A stretch of 64,000 nucleotides of DNA, taken from assembly GCA_016839585.1 (NCBI GenBank), contig JAEOTZ010000050.1, forward strand, positions 41,900-105,899. Reading direction: 5' to 3'. The notes under the pieces are model-generated. The model was not told the DNA's origin. It saw nothing but the letters and a program-made list of their open reading frames with translations, and did no database searches. This DNA comes from Promethearchaeota archaeon (lineage in GTDB: Archaea; Asgardarchaeota; Lokiarchaeia; Sigyniarchaeales; SOKP01). Positions 30,797 to 39,225 of this stretch are shown piece by piece; positions within the stretch are counted from its first letter, which is position 1, and every line of letters starts with the position of its first letter. The position numbers were made by a program, and so were the translations under genes.

Positions 30797-30925
30797 TCAA
30801 TCTATTTAAAGAAAAAGAGAAAAAAAGGAGAGTACATTTTCTTTTTCTTTTTAAAGAACCATTAGTATTTATGTTTATGAAAATAATAAATTTGAGGTAA
30901 AGTTTATGGGAAAAGTTAGATATGT
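30797..30925 (+). repeat. direct repeat copy 1 (upstream region + first codons MGKVRYV)
   Basis: 42 bp identical to 32208-32249 at 30884-30925; imperfect similarity extends back to 30797. Confidence 0.85.
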
Positions 30926-31024
30926 CGCAGATAATTAAAAAGAAGGGAAAAGAAATTGTGGTGTTCAATGTTGAAACGATGCTTGATCCTCAAGAACAAT
31001 GCTAATTTCTTCAATCAATTATTA

Positions 31025-31930
31025 TTAATCAATTGAAATTTTAAATTGATATCTTTTTTTTATTAATCTAAAACCAATGGTTAATAAAAGGGTCATTAGA
31101 GGGACTGATATAAGAAATAATTCTACAGTAAAAATAGTAGGAATTGCAATATGTACATATGTTCCAATAAGTCCTATTATCATAAACGCTACACAAAAAG
31201 ATATCGTATCTAATAATAACTTATCTTTACCAGATTGACTTTTAATTACATTTGTCCTAATATCTTCATAATAGGCATTTGGATCAGAAATTTTATTGAC
31301 GTAATAAATATTATTTAGTAGATATTCATTTAAATCAATTCTTGTTTGAATATTTGAAAGAATTTTTAAAAATTCTGAGACATCATCTTTATCTTTATCT
31401 TTAAATAATGGTAAATCAGATTTCTCGATATCTATATTTTGCAAAAATGAAGTACCTTCTTCCTTATTACGTTGCTTAATTAATTCAAAAGAAATTTTTT
31501 GATTTTCTATCTCAGATTTGCTAAATACTTTTCTTTTTTTCATTATATTGGGAAGATCTATAACGATTTTTCTTTTTCGAGCTTTAAAACTTCTAATAGT
31601 CTCAAAATTAGGTTCTCTGATGGGTTTAAATACATGTTTTGTCTTATAAAATTTTAGAGTTTTTAATTTATTACTTTTTATTTCGCCTATACAACGCCAA
31701 TCAATATATTTTACTTTGGGTTTGCCCTTTTTTTGATATTCTGGGAAGTATATTCCTTTATTTGTAAATAATACATGCGAATTCCAGACATCGGGAAAGA
31801 CTCCCTCTGATAGAGGGTCTTCTTTATCAGAGATAACTTTATAAAATGTACTGTAGAGTATACTCTCCTTTTTAGAAACAAAATCTTGGAGATTTGAATA
31901 ATTTAAAGGAATATGGAAATCTGACATCAT
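31025..31930 (-). CDS. hypothetical membrane protein (possible PH-like N-terminus, 2 C-terminal TM)
   Basis: SHVLFTNKGIYF beta-strand pattern; hydrophobic C-terminus. Confidence 0.6.
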   Translation of the reverse strand: MMSDFHIPLNYSNLQDFVSKKESILYSTFYKVISDKEDPLSEGVFPDVWNSHVLFTNKGIYFPEYQKKGKPKVKYIDWRCIGEIKSNKLKTLKFYKTKHVFKPIREPNFETIRSFKARKRKIVIDLPNIMKKRKVFSKSEIENQKISFELIKQRNKEEGTSFLQNIDIEKSDLPLFKDKDKDDVSEFLKILSNIQTRIDLNEYLLNNIYYVNKISDPNAYYEDIRTNVIKSQSGKDKLLLDTISFCVAFMIIGLIGTYVHIAIPTIFTVELFLISVPLMTLLLTIGFRLIKKRYQFKISID

Positions 31931-32140
31931 TTATCCTATATGAAAAATATAAGTTATTGGTTAGAGAAAAATTCTCTTATATTATAGTTTTTCTAATCCT
32001 AGATATAATTCTCATGCTATATATTATAATTTTCCTTTAAATAATTTCATTATAATATCTTGATACCTATATCGGATATTATTGATAAAATTTCGCAAGT
32101 GATGAAAGAGAATGGCAAAGAGATTACTATTATTTTGAGC

Positions 32141-32249
32141 TCAATCTATTAAAAAAAAAAAGAGCACATTTTCTTTTTCTTTTTAAGGAACTATTACTAT
32201 TTATTTTTAATAAATTTGAGGTAAAGTTTATGGGAAAAGTTAGATATGT
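32141..32249 (+). repeat. direct repeat copy 2
   Basis: See 30797-30925; this copy leads into the intact ORF 32230..32538. Confidence 0.85.
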
Positions 32250-32538
32250 TTCCTCTTGGCAGAACAAGTGGATTACTTCAAACGCTGGTTCTATTGACGA
32301 CTTTATTAAAACTTTTGAAGAGTTAGCGGAGATGTTTAGAGAATGGAAAGAAATGGGAATTAAACTTAATCCTAATAGTGGTATTGGGGACGATTATGCC
32401 GAATTTTATACCGATGATATGGAGGTGGCAATTAAGGCACAGTTTACCTTTTACAGCGGTGATGATAGGACTAAAGAATATCTTGAAACCAATACAGGAG
32501 AAATAGTGGAAGTACCTAAAGAAAAATTAGAAGATTGA
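32230..32538 (+). CDS. small acidic hypothetical protein
   Basis: GAGGT SD-like sequence upstream; WQNKWIT...GDDYA. Confidence 0.7.
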   Translation: MGKVRYVSSWQNKWITSNAGSIDDFIKTFEELAEMFREWKEMGIKLNPNSGIGDDYAEFYTDDMEVAIKAQFTFYSGDDRTKEYLETNTGEIVEVPKEKLED

Positions 32539-32591
32539 GAATAATTTTTTATTTGGCAATATCCTATTTAATTATGTTAAAGGCGAATAAC

Positions 32592-33293
32592 ATGAATGAA
32601 GATTTAAATGAATTGATTAGAAAAGCACAATATTTTTTAAATTCGGGGCAGATCGAACAAGCAATAGGATCTCTTCAAAAAGCTGTAAAAAGCGATCCTA
32701 AGTTTATTAATGCATGGCTTCTGCTTGGGAATATTTATTTTGCTATGAAACAGCATGTTTTAGTACAGAACAGAACCGATAAATTCTACAATAGGGAAGT
32801 TTTTTTTAGGTATGAGAATGTGAGTATAACTGAAAAGAACGCATATGATACAACCTTAGAACTGGGATGGGATACCTATAAAGATGGTAATCCTTCTGAG
32901 CCTGTTGTTCGTGATGCTTTTTGGCTTCACAGCAACTTTTTTCTTAATTGGTCGTTTGATTATGAAGAAAGACTAGCAGAAGTGAATCAGACCAAAATCT
33001 ATTATTATGATCGAATTGAAGAGAACTTAAATAAGGCAATCGAAGGATGTATAGCTGCTATGAACTCTATTGAGATTTATGAAGAGAGTGAGACGATGGG
33101 TGATGATAAGGCAATAGGGATAGATTTGGGTCTATTTCTAATATTTAATATCATTATAGGGAGTTTAATGTTTATATTTCTAAATATCAAAATAAGAGGA
33201 AAAATCTGTAAAAGATGTGATGGTAATTACCTCTTGTTGCTTTTTTATCGGCTCTTGTTCTATATATATTGCAAAGGCAATCAATTCTTTTAA
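32592..33293 (+). pseudogene. chimeric ORF: TPR N-terminus fused to the C-terminus of a membrane-anchored protein
   Basis: About 1.5 TPR units, then an abrupt switch to an extracellular-like segment and a TM helix. Confidence 0.45.
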
Positions 33294-33407
33294 AACCTTT
33301 TCTTTCCAATGTTGATTTTGAAGTATAAGTGAGCTTTTAAACTCATAATTTAAAGTTTCACCTTCTTTCAGTTGAATTAATTTATCAATTTCTTTACAAT
33401 CTGTCAT
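33180..33407 (-). pseudogene. truncated AlbA_2/Schlafen-like domain
   Basis: EGETLNYEFKSS...VLKELIAFA stops matching exactly where the family continues with NxxGG. Confidence 0.65.
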
Positions 33408-33620
33408 GACTAACTAAATTTAGAATTCCGCTTTACAACACTAAATAAATAAAAAAGATATATTTTTTTAGTTTTTCTATTTCAAAGAAATAAAAGAATT
33501 GAAGATTTGAATAAAAGTCATTTCTAATCTTTATTATAGTTTAATAGTAATTTATATATGACAGAATTTCTATAGATCTTAAGAAGTTAAAAAATTGAAA
33601 TTTTTGAGTTAAAGTGGGAA

Positions 33621-36600
33621 ATGAATATTGAACATCTTAGTTCATATCAAAAGGAAGTATATGGAATTCTGCTAAAGGAAAGCCCTTTAGCTGCTAGAGC
33701 ATATCTTGGTGCTATAATTACATATAACCAAGAAGATAATCCAGATAAATTTCATCAAATAGCAAACTCTCTGAGACATATTAGTAGTATTTTTGCTAGA
33801 GATATTATCATTGAACGTGATCAAGAAGAATATGGGAGTTTATTGGACTTTTTTAAAAACTATTTAAAAGAAAATAATCTGGATCAGAAATACGAAGTTA
33901 GAATAATTGCAGAAGAGGATATAACTCATTTAAAAAAACTGGAATTAAAAGTGGCCAAAGATCCTGATATTTTACCAGTAACTTCAAGAACACATTTAGA
34001 TAATCTTATTAAAGAATGGTTAAAAATACATGATTTTTTTCTTGGTATTGCCCATTATGGTTATGAACAAATTGATGAGGAAAAGTTTGATATTAATTTT
34101 AAAAAGCTAGAAAGGATTTTAATGGAGCTTTTCAAATCATCAAAAGAGACAATAAGACAATTAACTGAATTATTAGAGATTAATAATCCAGAAGAGAAGC
34201 ACTTAGAAATATTAAAGAAATATATACTTAAACCAGCAGATTCCCAATTCTTTTTTATGAATCTACATAATCCTAACTGGTTTGATATACTTCAAAAACA
34301 TAATTACTTCTGTTTACCTAAAAAAGATGAATCTGGTTTATTAAATATTCATTTTTTCCCCCAGATACATTATTTGAAAAATATTTCAGAGATTATTCCA
34401 GATAAAGTAATCATAATTCTACAAGAATTGTCAAATTCCGGAAATATTATTCTTTTTAGGGGTATAGCATTATGTATTTTAAAGATGCCAATTGTTAAAG
34501 TAAAGAATGCTATGAGTATTATTGAGACAATGGTTAAAACGCAAGATGTCTCATTATATTCTATCTTAAAGAAGTTACTCTATAAATTAATAGAGGTAAA
34601 TGATTATGAATCTGTACTAAGAATTATTAAAGAATTGTTTAACTCTAAGAACTCTCAACCTCCTAAATTATATGGTATAAAGGGTTTTGATATTTATAGA
34701 TATTTACTTTCTGAATATAGAGATATCTTTGAAGTAATATTATTACATGGAGATGAAGAATCTATTATCGGTCTTTTAGAAATACTTTGTATTTGTCTTG
34801 GAGAACAAATAAAAAAGAAAATAATTAAGAATATTAAATTTGGAGATGATATTAATAACAGGACAACTGAGATTACAGATGAGATTTTAAAAGCTTCCGA
34901 TAACTCTGAACTATGGAGAGAGTCAATCGAGACTTTTCCTGACACTTATAAATCAGATGGTATAGAAAACAGATTAATAGATGAAATTAGGGATTATCTC
35001 CTCTCACTTTCTGAAAAAGATAAAAGCATTTTCTATAGAAGTTTTCAATTACTTTCAAATTTTAAATGGAATATATTCAAGAGATTACAACTGTTCTTAG
35101 GATATAAGAAATTCGATATTTTGAAGGATCAAATTAGTTTAATTTTTGAAAATGACTTGTTTAAAGAGAAATTTCTATGGCCAGAGTTATATTTTCTATT
35201 GAAAAACTATTTTAATATATTTTCAGAAGAACAACAACAGGCATACTGTAATTGGATTAATGAGAAATTGTTAGATTTTAAAAATGAGAATATAAGTAAA
35301 AGAGATTTGCTCCGAATTATTGAACCAGTTTATGAATATTTACCCCTGAATTTTAAACTAACTAACACAGAGTTAGTTGACGAGTCAAAATCGTTCGAAT
35401 TAATATATAAACACCCTCCAAATATTTTTCGGTATCATGGACCCATTCGGTTTTTCGATCCTATAACCGAATTTAAAGAAGATTTAGTTGGTAAGGATAT
35501 AGATGAGCTTATAAACTTTATGAATGATTGGGAACCCACTGGAATGAGAACTTTTGAATCTCCAAATGATTTAGGATATGCTATATCTAAACTCATAATA
35601 GAAAATCCTTTAAAATACCTTAAATTTTTAGAAAGATTTAAGGATATCAAAGTCTTTTACCTTCCTCATATCATTGAGGGTTTCGGAAGAACTATCCATG
35701 AAAAGATAATATTTGATATTGAATTTTTATTATTTCAATTATTAGAAATTGTAAATTTTATTATATCTCAAAACGAACTTGACGAGAGTCTAAAAATAAA
35801 GATCTTTAGTGAAATTGAAGAAACTCTTAATTACTGTGTAAAATATGAGGATTTGAATGTTAATGAAAAAATATTAGAGATTATAATCCAAATTACAAAA
35901 CTTCTAATTAAAATAGAGAACCCTTATTATATTAAATATGAAGAAGCTGAAAATTTTCATCAAGAATCAGTAATCTATTATTATACACAATTCAAAGGAA
36001 AATCCATAGAAACACTAATTATTCTCAATCGTAAGTGTGTTGAAGAGGGTCATGAACCATATTTACTTCAAGAGATTAAGAAGATTTTTGAAAGTATATT
36101 AATAAATTCGATAATTGAAAAAGAACTTTTTTGTTCGATGTTCGGTGAATGCTTATATAATCTCTTTTATTTTGATAAAGATTGGACAATCACTCAAATT
36201 GAGAAAATTTTTCCAACTGGAAGCGATAATCGGAGTAAATGGAACGCCGCTTGGGAAGGTTATATTATTTCACATAAGCAACAAGTTAATGAAGCCGCAT
36301 TTAAGATATTAAAAGAACAATATATTCAAGCAATAAACAAAGTTCAGAGCCCGAATATATCTCTTAGAGCAAAAGAAGCGCTATCAACTCATCTCTTCTT
36401 ATTGTATCTTTATGGTTATATTAGTCTAGAACAAGATAGTTTACTCTATTTTTATTTTAAACAATCAGATATAGACACAAGATCGAGAGCAATGTGGGAT
36501 TATTACAAAAATATTTATCCTCATGCGAAAACCTTAAATGATTCAATATTACAGAAATATTTTGAACTATGGGATTTTCGGATTGAGTTAATTACTGAGA

Positions 36601-37004
36601 TGGTAAATTCAAGAAAAATCACCATTAAAGATGCGTTTAACGAGTTAAAATGGTATACAATATTATTTTCAGAAATAGAAAATCCCTCTGAAGAACACTT
36701 GTTAAGAATGCAGAAAATAACTAAATTAACTTATGTTATCGGGGAGTTATTTTTGGATAACATACTATATAAACTCGTTGATTATGTAACTATAAATTAT
36801 AAATTGGTGTTGGAAATAATATTTGCCTACATTAAAAATAGAGAAAATCCTGCTTGGCTTTTTTTAACTAAACCTGACATTGTACGACAAATTCTTGAGG
36901 ATGTGTATAAACTTTTAGAAAATGATGAGGATCAGGCTATATATGAAAAAATTATGGATGAATTGCATGCAAAAGGATATGACATTAGTGGATTCTCTAC
37001 TTAA
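33621..37004 (+). CDS. large alpha-helical protein, putative defence-associated (HEPN-like N-terminus suspected)
   Basis: 1127 aa; NPDKFHQIANSLRH...IAHY N-terminal motif; long helical solenoid with Trp-rich motifs (NPNWFDIL, AAWEGY, LWDFR). Confidence 0.5.
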   Translation: MNIEHLSSYQKEVYGILLKESPLAARAYLGAIITYNQEDNPDKFHQIANSLRHISSIFARDIIIERDQEEYGSLLDFFKNYLKENNLDQKYEVRIIAEEDITHLKKLELKVAKDPDILPVTSRTHLDNLIKEWLKIHDFFLGIAHYGYEQIDEEKFDINFKKLERILMELFKSSKETIRQLTELLEINNPEEKHLEILKKYILKPADSQFFFMNLHNPNWFDILQKHNYFCLPKKDESGLLNIHFFPQIHYLKNISEIIPDKVIIILQELSNSGNIILFRGIALCILKMPIVKVKNAMSIIETMVKTQDVSLYSILKKLLYKLIEVNDYESVLRIIKELFNSKNSQPPKLYGIKGFDIYRYLLSEYRDIFEVILLHGDEESIIGLLEILCICLGEQIKKKIIKNIKFGDDINNRTTEITDEILKASDNSELWRESIETFPDTYKSDGIENRLIDEIRDYLLSLSEKDKSIFYRSFQLLSNFKWNIFKRLQLFLGYKKFDILKDQISLIFENDLFKEKFLWPELYFLLKNYFNIFSEEQQQAYCNWINEKLLDFKNENISKRDLLRIIEPVYEYLPLNFKLTNTELVDESKSFELIYKHPPNIFRYHGPIRFFDPITEFKEDLVGKDIDELINFMNDWEPTGMRTFESPNDLGYAISKLIIENPLKYLKFLERFKDIKVFYLPHIIEGFGRTIHEKIIFDIEFLLFQLLEIVNFIISQNELDESLKIKIFSEIEETLNYCVKYEDLNVNEKILEIIIQITKLLIKIENPYYIKYEEAENFHQESVIYYYTQFKGKSIETLIILNRKCVEEGHEPYLLQEIKKIFESILINSIIEKELFCSMFGECLYNLFYFDKDWTITQIEKIFPTGSDNRSKWNAAWEGYIISHKQQVNEAAFKILKEQYIQAINKVQSPNISLRAKEALSTHLFLLYLYGYISLEQDSLLYFYFKQSDIDTRSRAMWDYYKNIYPHAKTLNDSILQKYFELWDFRIELITEMVNSRKITIKDAFNELKWYTILFSEIENPSEEHLLRMQKITKLTYVIGELFLDNILYKLVDYVTINYKLVLEIIFAYIKNRENPAWLFLTKPDIVRQILEDVYKLLENDEDQAIYEKIMDELHAKGYDISGFST

Positions 37005-37081
37005 TATTATAACCATTTTTGACACTCTTAATCAGTTCTATCCCTTGAAAAAATCCCCTAAATTCTTATCATCTCTTCTGA

Positions 37082-37285
37082 TACATTCATTTTTATCATC
37101 TAAAAAATAAAATAAAAAGTGATATTTTTTTCAAGTTAAAAAAATATGAGCAAGCGTTAGAGACATTAAATATCATAACTGGAATAGAGCTGGATTATGA
37201 AAGTATTAATCGATTAAAAGCTAAAATTTATCTATTAAGAGGAAATCTATTTAAAGAAAAAGAGAAGATCAATTTTTCTATCTGA
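37082..37285 (+). pseudogene. TPR gene remnant (no start codon)
   Basis: Manual translation: ...SDIFFKLKKYEQALETLNIITGIELDYESINRLKAKIYLLRG...*. Confidence 0.5.
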
Positions 37286-37375
37286 TTTAACGATTTATAC
37301 AATAAATTAAAAAATAATTGAGACAAAATACAATTATAAAATATTCTAACAAATTAATAAATCAGAAATCTAAGG

Positions 37376-37714
37376 ATGATTGTATCAAAGACTGACAATA
37401 TTCCTACTAAAAGGATCGTATCTATCTTAGGTAATATTTCAATAAGAAGAGCCGAGGCTTTTAGTGAGAATGAGGAGAAAGCCATGCAGAAATTGATTAG
37501 AAAAGCCGAAAGGATGGGAGCAAACGCAATTATAAATTTTTCTTATAGGGGTTCAGGCACTTGGGGTACCTATGGTTCCTGTAGTGGGCTTGCAGTAATA
37601 ATCGAAGATATTAACCCTGGTCATCAAGATCAAAATATGGTGTATTGTCGTAATTGTGGTAAAGTAATAGAGATTTTTGCTCGTTTTTGTAAGCATTGTG
37701 GTTCAAAACAGTAG
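37376..37714 (+). CDS. YbjQ/UPF0145-like domain + C-terminal zinc ribbon
   Basis: MIVSKTDNIP...AMQKLIRKAERMGANAII...GLAV; CRNCG...FCKHCG. Confidence 0.8.
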   Translation: MIVSKTDNIPTKRIVSILGNISIRRAEAFSENEEKAMQKLIRKAERMGANAIINFSYRGSGTWGTYGSCSGLAVIIEDINPGHQDQNMVYCRNCGKVIEIFARFCKHCGSKQ

Positions 37715-37755
37715 ATCTATAAAGTGAATTATGTAGAATTTGATTTCTTCTAATT

Positions 37756-37950
37756 TTAGGGATTGGTGAAATGTTCTACTTTTGCTCCTTTTCGCATGGC
37801 AAAAGTATCCAATTTCCCATAGATTTTATGATATTCCTCATCCTTTAGAAATTCTTCTAATTGCTCAGGAGAAGAAAAGTTCAAAATTATCGTCACACTA
37901 TTATCAGGTATATGTTTTCTTAGATATTTTTTAGCTGTTTTTTTAGCCAT
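37756..37950 (-). CDS. small hypothetical protein
   Basis: 64-aa ORF with ATG. Confidence 0.5.
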   Translation of the reverse strand: MAKKTAKKYLRKHIPDNSVTIILNFSSPEQLEEFLKDEEYHKIYGKLDTFAMRKGAKVEHFTNP

Positions 37951-38170
37951 TTTTTCAACCTTACATTAAAGTCTAGACCTTACAATATAATTACCTTAAG
38001 ATCTTTATAAATATTGCGAATCATTACTATATAGGTACAAATCGGTATATTTATATATATTCATTGATATTTATACAATAATGGGTATAATAATATTTGA
38101 AAAGGTTATGGAATGGGTATAGAATCAGATAATAGTAAGAGTTTAGATATAAATTTGTGCCCTGAATGTA

Positions 38171-39130
38171 GTGGCACTACATTCAGGAGGTCATTTAACC
38201 CATTCTTTCGATACTTATCAGGGTTCTTTTTCAGCACAGATGATTCGAGCTTTAATAAATTATTGCAATCTTAAAAAAGGCGCCATCATTTTAGATCCCT
38301 TTAGTGGTTCCGGTACGACATTGATAGAAGCCATTTTGTTAGGGTTTATAGTTATAGGAATTGATATTAACCCTATTGCCTGTTTAAGTAGTTATGTAAA
38401 ATCGCAGTTATTGGGTTATGACTTAGATGATCTTATCCAGGGCAGCAAGAAATATTTTAATTTTGAATATTACAATAAGTTTACTAACGCTCTCCAATGC
38501 AGCACATTCTTAAAATTAGAGATGAAAGAATTATTTTATCTTTTTTTGTACATCCGTGCTTTTTTAGCTCAGCAAAAATATGATATTGATTCTTATTTTG
38601 CTTTTAAGAGCTTATATCGAGATATTGTCAAGACGTTACAAGCGTTTGATCGGTTAAAGAATAGATTAGATATTAATTTAGGGAGAGTATCAGTTATCTG
38701 CGATAATAAACTTAATGTTTTAAAGCGGTTTAAAGCCGAGTCTATTGACGGCATTATTACTTCACCCCCTTATATTTCCATGGTTGATTATATTAAGAAT
38801 GATTTACCTGTACTTCAGAAATTTTTTCAGAAAGAAGATGTAAATATCGCAAAGAGCAATCAAATAGGTCGTAGGTTCAAGAATCCAGAGAAGACCCTTA
38901 ATATGTTTTGGAGCAAGATGAACAATTTTACCGGTGAGACTTATAGAATTCTTAAGGATCGCTCAAAATTAATTTTGGTTGTAGGGAAGAGTAATTTAAT
39001 GGAAAAAAAGTGTATTCAGATCGCTCAGGATAATGGATTTATGCTTGATAAATCTATCCTAAAAAGATATCGTGATTTTAAAAAGAATTACTTGAAATAT
39101 GAATATATTGTTATTTTAGAAAAGACTTAG
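38171..39130 (+). CDS. amino-type DNA methyltransferase (motif I before SPPY; m4C/m6A), possibly 5'-truncated
   Basis: LTHSFDTYQGSF, ILDPFSGSGTTLIEA, GIDINP, IITSPPY. Confidence 0.85.
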   Translation: MALHSGGHLTHSFDTYQGSFSAQMIRALINYCNLKKGAIILDPFSGSGTTLIEAILLGFIVIGIDINPIACLSSYVKSQLLGYDLDDLIQGSKKYFNFEYYNKFTNALQCSTFLKLEMKELFYLFLYIRAFLAQQKYDIDSYFAFKSLYRDIVKTLQAFDRLKNRLDINLGRVSVICDNKLNVLKRFKAESIDGIITSPPYISMVDYIKNDLPVLQKFFQKEDVNIAKSNQIGRRFKNPEKTLNMFWSKMNNFTGETYRILKDRSKLILVVGKSNLMEKKCIQIAQDNGFMLDKSILKRYRDFKKNYLKYEYIVILEKT

Positions 39131-39225
39131 GATGGAAATAAGGCTAAAATAATAATTTTATCATAAATGTTAAATATTAATTCATCCAATATTTACCCAA
39201 TCCAATAATTTATGGGTGAAATAAA

